Source: Hoeflea sp. (GTDB taxonomy: Bacteria; Pseudomonadota; Alphaproteobacteria; Rhizobiales; Rhizobiaceae). Taken from it: a DNA stretch of 64,000 bases. Each line of letters opens with the position of its first letter. Position 1 is the first letter of the stretch. The stretch spans positions 392 to 64,391 of the forward strand of contig NZ_JBDWHW010000021.1 of assembly GCF_039975035.1 (NCBI RefSeq), written 5' to 3'. Under the pieces are notes generated by a model that had not been told where the DNA came from, did not search any database, and saw only the letters and a program-made list of their open reading frames with translations. Positions 38,712 through 48,575 of the stretch are shown piece after piece. Made by a program: the position numbers and the translations under genes.

Positions 38712-39107
38712 TCAGAGGACGCCACGCCCTTTGAGAAATTGCTCCAGACCAACATGAGTGATGGTTTCGAATTCGGCCACCGCCGCGGCAAACCGGTCGC
38801 GTTGCTTGATCATCAGCCGAAACACCTGGCGCATCTCGCCAGACACGCCAAACCGCTGCCAGTGTTCGGCAACATGGCTGGGCATGTCCAGATCGCGGCA
38901 GAAATCGGCTATATCGTCATATCCGAGTTGCGCCAGGCTCGACTTTACGTCCGCGGGAGACATCCGGTCTTCCGTCGCATGGTCGTGCAGCCTGTGGGCC
39001 AGCAGCCGCAAATCGGAAGGCGATGATTCGAGCACCCGTTTGACGATGTTCGGCACCTGCATTGGAAGCTTCGGCATCTGGTTTTCTCCGGTCTTTTCAA
39101 GCGCCAT
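38712..39107 (-). CDS. hypothetical small protein
   Basis: 131-aa ORF (alternative start at MPKLPMQ) with coding-like composition. No family recognised. Confidence 0.45.
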   Translation of the reverse strand: MALEKTGENQMPKLPMQVPNIVKRVLESSPSDLRLLAHRLHDHATEDRMSPADVKSSLAQLGYDDIADFCRDLDMPSHVAEHWQRFGVSGEMRQVFRLMIKQRDRFAAAVAEFETITHVGLEQFLKGRGVL

Positions 39108-39296
39108 GGATACAACGATGGCATCTCGGGATGCAAATCATATCGGTTGCTCCGCAACCGTTGCCATAAGCGGTGACGCATCACTTCTGCCCCGATCCGG
39201 CCTCTCTGAAAAGTTGGTTCTGTGTGGCGGAATATCAAATTGAAAAAGCGACCTCGAACGGCCTTGGCGCTTGTCGATATGCCGTCATCTTGCACC

Positions 39297-40301
39297 TCAC
39301 TCGTCGGTCGCCAACAGGCGCATGGCTGTGGCTTCGTCGGTCACAAACGTATTCGGCTTGACGGATTTCAAGGTTGCCCGGATCGCCAGGGTTTTCTCAA
39401 TCCCACCGGAAATCAACACCTTGTCCGACAATCGCGACAGGCGATCAACCGACACGGAAATGCAGCGTTCATTGACAGGGTGGGGAACCGGCTGGCCATC
39501 CCTGTCGAGAAAATTGTAAAGAACATCTCCCACCGCTCCGGCTTCGATCAGCGAGATCCGCTCAGCCTCCGAAACATGGCCGGTCCGGTAAGATGTGGTC
39601 AATGTCGATATGCCGCCACATGACAGCAACACGACGTCACAGGTTTCAGCCATGCTCATGATATGGTCGAGCCCGCAATGCTCCAGCAGTGCATGCTTGG
39701 TCTGGGCGGAATCGACAATCGCCGGCGCCGGAATCAGGAAGCCTTCCGCGTCAAACAGTTCGGCAAACTGCCAGGCGAATTCCGCCGGATTGAACCGGCG
39801 TGCCTGGGCAATTCCGCCGAGTAGCGAGACGACCCTGGCCCCCTCGAGGGTCCGCCCTTCGACATAGGGAAGCATGGTATGAAGCGTTCGTCCCCAGCCA
39901 ACGCCGATGGTCACGTTGTTGCGCATCAGGCCCGAAACATATTCGCCTGCGGCGGCGGCGATGACCCGCGTCGGGTCGCCATCGTCTTCCGTGAACGGAG
40001 CGACAATGGCCTTGGCCAGGCCGAACTTCTTCTCGAGCTGGATCTGGGCCTCGATCAACGGCCCCAGTTTCGACTTGATCCGGATCACGACTTCGCCGCG
40101 CTTTCTGGCTTCCGAAAGCAGGCGCGTGATCATGATACGGTTGACGCCGAGCCGATCCGCCACGTCCGATTGCGTGAGGCCTTCCACGTAGTAGAGCCAT
40201 GCCGCGCGCACCCGCAACTGACTTTGCGGATCCGACACCGGTTTACCGCGACCGACAGAGCCGCTCGGTAGTGTGTCTGCTGCCATGAGATATTCCTGCA
40301 C
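39297..40301 (-). CDS. SorC/DeoR-type sugar-binding transcriptional regulator
   Basis: 334 aa. LRVRAAWLYYVEGLTQSDVADRLGVNRIMITRLL HTH. Lies 21 nt downstream of the acoC-like gene on the same strand. Start GTG 40301 or ATG 40286. Confidence 0.88.
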   Translation of the reverse strand: MQEYLMAADTLPSGSVGRGKPVSDPQSQLRVRAAWLYYVEGLTQSDVADRLGVNRIMITRLLSEARKRGEVVIRIKSKLGPLIEAQIQLEKKFGLAKAIVAPFTEDDGDPTRVIAAAAGEYVSGLMRNNVTIGVGWGRTLHTMLPYVEGRTLEGARVVSLLGGIAQARRFNPAEFAWQFAELFDAEGFLIPAPAIVDSAQTKHALLEHCGLDHIMSMAETCDVVLLSCGGISTLTTSYRTGHVSEAERISLIEAGAVGDVLYNFLDRDGQPVPHPVNERCISVSVDRLSRLSDKVLISGGIEKTLAIRATLKSVKPNTFVTDEATAMRLLATDE

Positions 40302-40322
40302 TGATCACCGTTTCGCCAGCTA

Positions 40323-41618
40323 TCATAGATGGGTACGCAGGAGTTTTCCAACCTCGTCGGGAATTTCGAATTGCGGAACGTGTCCGACATTGTCGAACAG
40401 GTGCAAGCTTACCCGGCCCGGAGCCCGCAAAGCATGTTGCCAGGGGATGATCCGGTCTTGCCTTCCCCAGACAATTCGCGTCGGCGTTGCGACCCGGTCC
40501 AATGCGGATTTCATGTCAAAAGCCTGAACCCCATCGGGGAAGACTGCATCCGCCAAAGCATTTTGCGCCAGACGCATACCGGCATCTGCGCGCGCAGCCA
40601 TCGCTGCCCGCACATAGCCATCGCCGATCAACCGCTCATCCGCAACCATCTGCTTCAGCCAGGGGCCCAGGCTCTCGGCGCGCGTGGCGTTTCCAATTCC
40701 GGTGAGAGCTTGTCCATTGATATCGGGTCCAAGCCCGGCCGGCGCCAAAAGCGTCAGGGAGCATACTGTCTTGGGCCGAGTGTCGGCGAGCGCAAGGGCA
40801 GCCGCGCCGCCGAGGCTGTGGCCAATCAGATGTGCAGATCCCAGATCAAGCGCGTCAAACGCCCGGCGCACTGCCGACACAAGATCGGCAAAGCAGGATA
40901 TGCGAAGTCGCGGCGACTTGCCGTGAGATGGCAGCTCGATCCGGAAGATCGGATGGTCATTCAAGTACCCTTCCAACGGTGCCCAGGATTTCGCATCGCT
41001 GGCAAAGCCGTGGATCAGCAGGATCGGCGTGCCGGATCCGGCTTTGCTGCGTGACACGGCCAGGGGGCCGGTCTCGGAGACGAAGCCGGGTGGTGCCGCC
41101 ATCGGCAGCGGTAGTGGTTGATCCAGGATGCCACGCACATCCTCGGCCTGAACCCGGCCGCGAGGCCCGCTTCCAGCAACATCCTCAATATCAAGTCCGG
41201 CCTTGCGTGCCAGCGAGCGGGCCAGGGGCGTGGCGCGCGCCTTCTGGCGAGCAGGCGGAGCGGAAGAAGCATCGTCAGCCGGCGCGGTGGCGACCGGATT
41301 TGAATCACGGTCAGGTATTGCTTCCGGCGCCGGATCAGATGCGTGAGGTATCGCGGCTTCGGGTGGCGCACCGACCTTCTCGCCCTCGGCATAGATCCAG
41401 GCTACCGGCTGCCCGATTGGCACATCTGTGCCTTCGGCAACCGGATGATGCAGGTAACCGCTCGCGGAAGCCTCGACCTCCATTGCCGCCTTGTCAGTCT
41501 CGATATCGAAAAGCGGATCGCCTTGACCCACCTTCTCGCCTGCCGCGACATGCCATACCGAGATCTTGCCACTGGCCATGTCCATGTCGACTTTCGGCAT
41601 GATGACTTCAACAGGCAT
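40323..41618 (-). CDS. acoC: AcoC-type E2-like protein: lipoyl domain, linker and alpha/beta-hydrolase fold
   Basis: 431 aa. Lipoyl-lysine motif DIETDKAAMEVEA, Pro/Ala linker, GxSxG LIGHSLGGAAAL, C-terminal NVGHVPQFE. Confidence 0.8.
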   Translation of the reverse strand: MPVEVIMPKVDMDMASGKISVWHVAAGEKVGQGDPLFDIETDKAAMEVEASASGYLHHPVAEGTDVPIGQPVAWIYAEGEKVGAPPEAAIPHASDPAPEAIPDRDSNPVATAPADDASSAPPARQKARATPLARSLARKAGLDIEDVAGSGPRGRVQAEDVRGILDQPLPLPMAAPPGFVSETGPLAVSRSKAGSGTPILLIHGFASDAKSWAPLEGYLNDHPIFRIELPSHGKSPRLRISCFADLVSAVRRAFDALDLGSAHLIGHSLGGAAALALADTRPKTVCSLTLLAPAGLGPDINGQALTGIGNATRAESLGPWLKQMVADERLIGDGYVRAAMAARADAGMRLAQNALADAVFPDGVQAFDMKSALDRVATPTRIVWGRQDRIIPWQHALRAPGRVSLHLFDNVGHVPQFEIPDEVGKLLRTHL

Positions 41619-42628
41619 CAGATAAGGCCTTTTGCAATGTTACGGGCAGCTTCCACAATGTCGGGCACCTGAGGCACGACAGCCTTTTCAAGCTCGGGAT
41701 TGTAGGGAATAGGGCTTTCCGCCCCCCCCAAGCGAACAATGGGCGCCTCGAGGAAATCGAATGCGTCGCTCTCGGCGACCATGGCCGATATTTCCGCACC
41801 AACACCCAAAGTCTTGACCCCCTCATAGACGCAGATCAGTTTTCCGGTCTTGCGGACAGAGCCCAGAACCGTCTCCCGATCCATCGGGCGCACGGTGCGA
41901 AGATCAATCACTTCGACATCAATGCCCTCGCTGGCCAAAGTCTCCGCAGCGCTCAAAGCCTTGTGCACCATCAAGGATGTGGCAACGATTGAGAGATCCT
42001 TGCCTGACCGGCGGATCGCAGCCTTGCCGATAGGTGTTGTGTAGTATCCCTCAGGGACGTGGCCCTTCATCTTGTAGAGGATCTTGTGTTCGAAGATCAT
42101 CACCGGATCAGGGTCCTCAAGCGCTGCCAGCAGCATGCCTTTGGCATCTTCGGGCGTGGAGGGCTGGATAACCTTCAGACCCGGCACGTGACCAAACCAG
42201 GCTTCGAGGCTTTGCGAATGTTGCGCCGCTGCTCCGGTTCCCGAGCCCGCCGGAAAGCGCATCACAAGCGGAACAGAGACGGCACCGCCCAGCATGTAGC
42301 GGATCTTGGCCGCCTGGTTGACGATTTGCTCCATCGCCAAGGCAGCAAAATCCGAAAACTGGAATTCAAAGATCGGTCTGAGGCCCGTCAAAGCCGCCCC
42401 GACAGCTACGCCAGCGCCGCCAAGCTCCGAAATCGGCGTGTCCATCACCCGGTCCGCGCCGTATTTCTCGACCAGATTGCCGGTCACCTGGAACGCGCCG
42501 CCATAAACGCCGATGTCTTCTCCCATCAGTATGACCCGTTCATCGCGCTCCAGGGAGATGTCCATCGCCTCGCGAATTGCTTCCGCATAGGAGAGTTCGC
42601 GAAGCTCGGATTTGCCCTGAGCGTTCAT
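41618..42628 (-). CDS. acoB: ThDP-dependent dehydrogenase E1 beta subunit (acetoin dehydrogenase-like)
   Basis: 336 aa with the typical E1-beta pattern ([24 protein letters not shown]). 1-nt overlap with acoC. Confidence 0.85.
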   Translation of the reverse strand: MNAQGKSELRELSYAEAIREAMDISLERDERVILMGEDIGVYGGAFQVTGNLVEKYGADRVMDTPISELGGAGVAVGAALTGLRPIFEFQFSDFAALAMEQIVNQAAKIRYMLGGAVSVPLVMRFPAGSGTGAAAQHSQSLEAWFGHVPGLKVIQPSTPEDAKGMLLAALEDPDPVMIFEHKILYKMKGHVPEGYYTTPIGKAAIRRSGKDLSIVATSLMVHKALSAAETLASEGIDVEVIDLRTVRPMDRETVLGSVRKTGKLICVYEGVKTLGVGAEISAMVAESDAFDFLEAPIVRLGGAESPIPYNPELEKAVVPQVPDIVEAARNIAKGLI

Positions 42629-43629
42629 GCCGCAGCTCCATCGGTATAGACAAAACGGGTGGCATCACCGAGTTCGGGCGAGGGGCTCGCCGCCGCAAAT
42701 TCAATCGCCTCCTTGATCACCCGCGCCGCTTCGTCGTGCAGCGCTTCGACCTCGGCTTCCGACATGATCATGTGCGCGACGAGCAACTCGGTCATTTGCC
42801 GGATCGGGTCGAGATCCATCCACTCGCTGATCTCTTCCTTGGTACGGTAGCGGTTGCGGTCGGATTTCGAATGACCACGCCACCGGTAAGTCAGATTCTC
42901 GACCAGGCTTGGTCCATCCCCCGCCCGCGCCCGCGCAACGGCGGCATCGACGGCCTCGGTCACTGCGGAGAAGTCATTGCCGTCCACCGTTACACCCGGC
43001 ATCGAATAGGCGACGGCGCGCTCGGCGATGTTCTTGACTGCGGTGGATCGTTCCGTCGAAGTCGACATGCCGTATTTGTTGTTCTCGCAGACAAAAACTA
43101 CCGGGAGCTTCCAGACGGCAGCCATGTTCAGCGCTTCATGGAAGGCGCCTTCATTGTTGGCACCGTCACCGAAGAAGCAGACTGTCACAGCCCCCGTTCC
43201 CAACCGCTTCGCCGACAGCGCAGCGCCCACGGCAATCGGCAGACCGCCGCCGACAATACCGTTGGCGCCCAGATTGCCCTTGGTCACATCGGCAATGTGC
43301 ATCGAGCCGCCCCGGCCCCGGCAATAGCCGGTGTCCTTGCCAAAGAACTCGGCGAACATTTTTCCAAGATCGGCGTTCTTTGCAATGCAATGGCCATGGC
43401 CGCGGTGGGTCGAGGTGATCTTGTCTTCATCACTGAGCGACATGCACGAGCCGACCGCGGATGCCTCCTGCCCGATCGACAAGTGCATTGTGCCGTGAAT
43501 CAGGCCGCGCGTGTAGCAGTCTTCCGCACCTTCCTCGAACCTGCGGATCAGGATCATCTTGCGCAACGCCCCTTTCAACGCCTCCGGGCTATAGGCGCGC
43601 ACGGCATAAGGGGTATTGATCTCAGACAT
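42625..43629 (-). CDS. acoA: ThDP-dependent dehydrogenase E1 alpha subunit (acetoin dehydrogenase-like)
   Basis: ATG at 43629 ([10 protein letters not shown]) overlaps the upstream [46 protein letters not shown]. Confidence 0.85.
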   Translation of the reverse strand: MSEINTPYAVRAYSPEALKGALRKMILIRRFEEGAEDCYTRGLIHGTMHLSIGQEASAVGSCMSLSDEDKITSTHRGHGHCIAKNADLGKMFAEFFGKDTGYCRGRGGSMHIADVTKGNLGANGIVGGGLPIAVGAALSAKRLGTGAVTVCFFGDGANNEGAFHEALNMAAVWKLPVVFVCENNKYGMSTSTERSTAVKNIAERAVAYSMPGVTVDGNDFSAVTEAVDAAVARARAGDGPSLVENLTYRWRGHSKSDRNRYRTKEEISEWMDLDPIRQMTELLVAHMIMSEAEVEALHDEAARVIKEAIEFAAASPSPELGDATRFVYTDGAAA

Positions 43630-45010
43630 TGGCCGCCACTTTCCCGTAGAGCATTTCATCCTGGCGTCGCCGCAATTCGACGATCTTCGCGTTTGGCAGA
43701 GTGGTATTGAGTGCGGTGATCAATTCACCTTTCCGGATCGGCGCAGTCACCGTTGCACCGGTCAGCAGACCGGCCGGCTGCGCTTGCGCAGCGCGTGCCC
43801 GGGAAACTTCCATGGCCCAGGCGCGGTAGGTGTATTCGCCGATCTGATCGAGCTTTTCGCCCGGTTTCAGATCCCGTTTGGCCACCGCCGCAACTTCGGC
43901 AACAGGCCGGTCGAGGGGGATCATATCGGCCTTGCCGTAAAGGACGGCGCGCGCGCAGGTCAGCGGAACTTCCAACGAGGTCAGGTGATAGGGCCGGATA
44001 AACTCGAAATAAGGACCATCGCCCATCTTCAGATCGGTCAGGCGCTCGCGAATACGCGGGTGTTCGGCTTCGATGATGACGAAGACGCCGGGCGAAACCC
44101 CCTTGCCGATCGAGTAGTCGACCCGGCCTATGCCTTTCAACAGACCACCGTCCTTTTCAGGAATCAGGGTCTTGGCCAGATCCTTCGGGCCGGCGGCAGG
44201 ACCATGCATGCCATCACAATCAGGGATCAGTCCGGTGGCGTTGGCGATGGCAGACATTTCCACCATGGTCTTCGACCCGTCGACAAATTCGACCAGCAGA
44301 CGCGGGTTCATGTGACGCTGCATGGCTTCGGCTTCGTAGGCATCAGGCGTCGCGTCGATGTTGAGCGGGTTGTTCTTGCCCTTGCCGGCGCAGATGATCT
44401 TGTGCCCCATCGCCGAGACGAACTCGATCAGCTCCATGCAGGACGACGGTTCGTCGCCCGCACCCAGACTGTAGACCACGCCCAACCGCTCGGCCTCGCG
44501 CCGCAGGTAGGAGCCGATGGTGACGTCGGCTTCGACATTCATCATCACCAGATGCTTGCCACGCTCCATCGCGCGCAGCCCGATTTCCGCGCCGACTGCA
44601 GGAATGCCCGTCGCGTCGATGACCACATCGATGAGGCCCGATTCGAGGATTGCGTCGGCGTTGTCGGCGATCGCGGTCTTGCCGCTCTCGATCACAGCGT
44701 TCAACGCATCTGTCGTGTTGGCGTCCTGGCTGGAACCTTTCGACCGTCTGGCGATCTCGACCGCCCGGTGCGCCGCCGCCGGGTTGATTTCCGAAATGGC
44801 GGCAACCTCGACGCCATCCATCATCGAAGCCCGCGTGACGATGTCGGTTCCCATCTCGCCTGAACCGATCAGACCGATGCGCACCGGCCTGCCGTTACCT
44901 GCCCGCGCCGCGAGATCCTTGGCCAACCCCGTCAGTGCAATGTTTGACCCCATTTCGACAACTCTCCCATAATCAACAGCTGCCCAAGCATCATGAACTT
45001 TAGTACTCAT
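43622..45010 (-). CDS. NAD(P)-binding dehydrogenase with C-terminal SAF-like domain (predicted homoserine-dehydrogenase-like family)
   Basis: 462 aa. Rossmann motif VRIGLIGSGEMGTDI, central dehydrogenase fold, C-terminal PIRKGELIT segment. Family call from memory of this architecture. Confidence 0.65.
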   Translation of the reverse strand: MSTKVHDAWAAVDYGRVVEMGSNIALTGLAKDLAARAGNGRPVRIGLIGSGEMGTDIVTRASMMDGVEVAAISEINPAAAHRAVEIARRSKGSSQDANTTDALNAVIESGKTAIADNADAILESGLIDVVIDATGIPAVGAEIGLRAMERGKHLVMMNVEADVTIGSYLRREAERLGVVYSLGAGDEPSSCMELIEFVSAMGHKIICAGKGKNNPLNIDATPDAYEAEAMQRHMNPRLLVEFVDGSKTMVEMSAIANATGLIPDCDGMHGPAAGPKDLAKTLIPEKDGGLLKGIGRVDYSIGKGVSPGVFVIIEAEHPRIRERLTDLKMGDGPYFEFIRPYHLTSLEVPLTCARAVLYGKADMIPLDRPVAEVAAVAKRDLKPGEKLDQIGEYTYRAWAMEVSRARAAQAQPAGLLTGATVTAPIRKGELITALNTTLPNAKIVELRRRQDEMLYGKVAANV

Positions 45011-45062
45011 GTCAACTCAATTGTTCGTTCATATTCGGCGAATCCTATTGACTTCCAAGCCC

Positions 45063-45102
45063 ATCTGAACAAAGTTAGCCTTGTAAATGCTAATGTTCAG
45101 AT
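45063..45102. promoter_or_regulatory. 9-bp perfect inverted repeat ATCTGAACA-N22-TGTTCAGAT in the divergent promoter region
   Basis: Read directly. Arms at 45063..45071 and 45094..45102, between starts 45010 (minus) and 45189 (plus). Confidence 0.5.
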
Positions 45103-45188
45103 CATTGTGCAGGATCACAAAGGTCAAGGCGTAATCCCGGGGAGATTGCGACTCGGGTATTCAAGCGAACTCTAGGGAGGAGAATCCA

Positions 45189-46742
45189 ATGAAATTCAGA
45201 GGCAAGCTCTCGCGGCGCTCTTTTTTGAAGAACACCACCGCGACAGGAATTGCGATCGCTGGCACGACGTGGGGCACCCCGTTGCTCGCGGCATCCCATC
45301 TTCCGGATCCGCAAAGCGTGCTCGACGATATTTCAATCTCTAAATACGTGCGCAAGGACTACCAGAAACTCTATGGAATGTCTGACGACAAACCAATTTG
45401 GGACAACAGCAAGGACTGGATCAGGACCGTAGACTGGGACGCTGTGCGCAGCGAACTGGCTGGAACAACGGTTCGCTTTGCAGTTGGCGCTGCCGATGCT
45501 GAGTCGGCAGCTGAAGGTCTTGTGCCGTTTGAAGCACTTTCAGGTATCAAGGTCGAACTGGTTCCGATCCCGGATGACAGTTTCTACGACAAGGCACTGG
45601 CCGAATTCATCTCGGGCAATGCATCCTTCGATGCACTTCAGTTCTTCTCGCCCTGGCTGGGAGACTTCGCAGCGCCCGGCTTCCTGCATGAACTCGACGG
45701 GTTCGCAGACAAGTGGAACCTGCCGCTCGACGATTTCTATGACACCTACCGGCTCAACTACGGTTTCTTCAACGGCAAGATGTACGGCATCCCGTTCGAC
45801 TGCGACGTCCAGATGGTTCATGTCCGCAAGGGCTATATGGAGAAGCTCCTCGGTGGTGAAGTCGACCGCGTCAATTCTATTCCGACCTATGACGAACTGA
45901 TCCGCGTCTCGCGCGAACTCAACAAGGTCGAACCCGGCGTCTCCGGAGTAGGCTTGATGGCCGCACCGGGCTTCTGGTCAACCTACACCTGGGAACACGT
46001 ATCGGCGCAGGCCGGCATGATGCTGTTCGACGAAAACTGGGAACCAATCTTCAACGGTGATGCCGGCATGAAGGGACTCGAGATTATTCTCGAACTGTCC
46101 AAGAACGCCAATGAAGGCCATGCCGGTGCCGGTTGGCCGGAAAACCGTGCCGCCTGGCTCGGTGGTCAGGTTGCCACCAACATCAGCTGGCAGGATTCCG
46201 GCACCCAGGCCATGCGCCCGGACCAGTCGCAGATCGTCGACGACTTCGTCACTATCTACGAACCCCGCATCGCCGGAGGGCGCTTGGCGCCGCCGAATAT
46301 TGCCGGGTCCACCTCCTGTGTCGCCGCATCGGCTCAAAATGCCGAAGGCGCCTTCCTGATGCTGGCCTTCCTCACCACCGGTTCGATCATGGCCATGAAC
46401 GAAGCCAATGCCAACGGCGTTGCTCCGGGCTACAAGTCGGTGTTGACCAACCCCAACCTTCAGGAAGTCTCGCAGCCAGCCAAAGTCTGGGCCGACTCGC
46501 TTGAACACGCCTGGTGTTCACCGCGTCTGCCGGGAGCCTTCCCGATTGAACAGGCCATCGGCAACGAGATCAACCGGGCGGTTGTTGGCCAGATCACGGC
46601 CAAGGAAGCCCTCGACAACGCCGCATCCGCCGTCAAGGCCATAATGGCCAGCAACGGCTTCTACCAGGGCAAGGATCCGGTAGACTACGCGGCTGCGGCG
46701 CCGGGACTTTATGTCGGAGAAGGCAAGAAGCTTCCCTTCTGA
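45189..46742 (+). CDS. large family-1 (CUT1) sugar ABC substrate-binding protein with twin-arginine signal
   Basis: 517 aa. MKFRGKLSRRSFLKNTTATGIAIAG Tat-type leader. GGGAGGAG RBS. Confidence 0.85.
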   Translation: MKFRGKLSRRSFLKNTTATGIAIAGTTWGTPLLAASHLPDPQSVLDDISISKYVRKDYQKLYGMSDDKPIWDNSKDWIRTVDWDAVRSELAGTTVRFAVGAADAESAAEGLVPFEALSGIKVELVPIPDDSFYDKALAEFISGNASFDALQFFSPWLGDFAAPGFLHELDGFADKWNLPLDDFYDTYRLNYGFFNGKMYGIPFDCDVQMVHVRKGYMEKLLGGEVDRVNSIPTYDELIRVSRELNKVEPGVSGVGLMAAPGFWSTYTWEHVSAQAGMMLFDENWEPIFNGDAGMKGLEIILELSKNANEGHAGAGWPENRAAWLGGQVATNISWQDSGTQAMRPDQSQIVDDFVTIYEPRIAGGRLAPPNIAGSTSCVAASAQNAEGAFLMLAFLTTGSIMAMNEANANGVAPGYKSVLTNPNLQEVSQPAKVWADSLEHAWCSPRLPGAFPIEQAIGNEINRAVVGQITAKEALDNAASAVKAIMASNGFYQGKDPVDYAAAAPGLYVGEGKKLPF

Positions 46743-46777
46743 TAGGCAACAAAACAACAGACAGACAGGATCTCAAT

Positions 46778-47722
46778 GTGAGTAAATCCTCCCTGTCGGA
46801 CACCGGGGCGGCTGCGGTCGCCCCGGTCCCGCCGACGCACCAGAAGCTGAAACGGCGAAGCAAGCGCCTCAAGGCATGGTTTCCATACCTGCTGGTGGCG
46901 CCGGCCGTCATCTATCTCTTGCTGATCACTCTCTATCCGGGCATCTATGCGGTCATCCAGAGCTTCCACCATGTGAAGTTTGGGCCCTGGCAACCGGTGG
47001 GCCTGGCCAATTACATTCGCCTGTTTCAGGATTATCAATTCTGGGGCGCGATCTGGAACACCCTGGTGATCGGCTCGGTCTCGCTGGTCCTGCAATGTGT
47101 GCTCGCGCTTGCGATTGCCTTTTATGCCTACCGCGACCCCTGGGTAAAAGGCTGGCGGATCATCTTTCTGGTTCCGATGCTGTTCATGCCGTCGGCGGTG
47201 GCGTTCATCTACAAATTGTCATTTCTCGACGCCCGGGTGTTTGCCGACCTTCTGATGCGGATCGGCCTGATTGACGGCAATATCGCTTACCAGTCGTCGA
47301 TCTGGATGAGCCGTGGCATTCTGATCCTGGCCGACGTCTGGCAATGGACTCCGTTCCTGTTCATCATTTTTGTCGCCGCTTTGCAGGGACAGGACGAGGA
47401 GGTCGAGGAAGCCGCGCGGCTTGATGGCGCATCCTGGTATGCGATCTTCTGGAACATATCGCTACCGATGATGAAGCCGGTGATTGCCGTTGCCCTGATC
47501 CTGCGCGCCATCGACATCACCACGATGTTCACCAACGTCTTCATCATCACCAAAGGTGGCCCGGCCTTCGGCACGGAAACCATCAGCTATTTCATCTATC
47601 GAACCGGGTTCAAGTTCTTTGACTTTGGCTATGCCTCTTCCGCATCGGTGATCATGCTGGTGATCACCATTATCATTGCGCAGCTTGTCGTAAAGCGCGC
47701 CTTTGTCTCGGCGAGGAACTGA
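46778..47722 (+). CDS. sugar ABC transporter permease (MalF/UgpA type)
   Basis: 314 aa with 6 TM. EAA-like loop EEAARLDGASWYAIFWNISLP. GTG start. Confidence 0.88.
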   Translation: MSKSSLSDTGAAAVAPVPPTHQKLKRRSKRLKAWFPYLLVAPAVIYLLLITLYPGIYAVIQSFHHVKFGPWQPVGLANYIRLFQDYQFWGAIWNTLVIGSVSLVLQCVLALAIAFYAYRDPWVKGWRIIFLVPMLFMPSAVAFIYKLSFLDARVFADLLMRIGLIDGNIAYQSSIWMSRGILILADVWQWTPFLFIIFVAALQGQDEEVEEAARLDGASWYAIFWNISLPMMKPVIAVALILRAIDITTMFTNVFIITKGGPAFGTETISYFIYRTGFKFFDFGYASSASVIMLVITIIIAQLVVKRAFVSARN

Positions 47723-47725
47723 TCC

Positions 47726-48571
47726 ATGGCCTCACAACGCAAAAGCTCCCGAGGCGAAAGCCTGCTGCTGCGATACGCAATTCTCGGCGCCTGGGCCTTG
47801 TTCTGCCTGGCTCCCGTGCTGTGGTTCCTGTCCATCGGACTGCGCCCCCGGACAGAGATCATCACGCCACAACCGATCTACTGGCCGAGCTTCTCGCTCG
47901 ATGCCTGGCACATGATCTGGGAAGACTGGCCGATGGCCAAATATCTCCGCAACTCGGTCGCGGCGATCTTCGGATCGGTGATCATTGATCTCGTGCTCGC
48001 GGTGCCTGCGGCCTATTCACTGGCCCGCTACACCTACCGGGGCAGAGACGATATCGGCTTCTATATCCTGTCAACGCGCATGATGGCTCCGGCAATTGTC
48101 GCGATCCCGATCTTCTTCCTGTTCCGCAATCTCGGCTTGCTGGATACCATCTGGGCACTGATGCTGATCTATGCCGCGATCAACCTGTCCTTTGTGACCT
48201 GGATTATCCGCTCCTACATGCTCGACATTCCCAAGGAGCTGGAAGACGCCGCCCGGACCGATGGTGCAGGCGATCTGCGCATCCTGTGGGAAATCATCAT
48301 TCCCGCTGTCCTGCCCGGCATTATCACAGCTTCGGTGATCGCCATGATTTTTGCGATCAACGAGTTTCTCTTCACGCTGCTGATCGCCTCGACCCCCAAC
48401 GCCTACACGATGTCGGTGGCGCTGGCGAACTTCACCGGCGGATCCGACGGTCTGATTTACAATGCAATTGCACTGGTTGCCTTCCTCGCCTTTGTGCCGG
48501 TCTTCCTGGTGGTTGTCGCCATCCAGAAGCACCTGTCGCGCGGTCTGACCATGGGCGCAGTGAAAGGATAA
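47726..48571 (+). CDS. sugar ABC transporter permease (MalG/UgpE type)
   Basis: 281 aa. EDAARTDGAGDLRILWEIIIP loop. Confidence 0.88.
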   Translation: MASQRKSSRGESLLLRYAILGAWALFCLAPVLWFLSIGLRPRTEIITPQPIYWPSFSLDAWHMIWEDWPMAKYLRNSVAAIFGSVIIDLVLAVPAAYSLARYTYRGRDDIGFYILSTRMMAPAIVAIPIFFLFRNLGLLDTIWALMLIYAAINLSFVTWIIRSYMLDIPKELEDAARTDGAGDLRILWEIIIPAVLPGIITASVIAMIFAINEFLFTLLIASTPNAYTMSVALANFTGGSDGLIYNAIALVAFLAFVPVFLVVVAIQKHLSRGLTMGAVKG

Positions 48572-48575
48572 GAAT

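Noticed and set aside
42577-44863. 377-aa and 415-aa plus-strand ORFs over the E1-alpha and SAF-dehydrogenase genes
   Set aside because: They are shadow ORFs antisense to genes with ThDP and Rossmann motifs.
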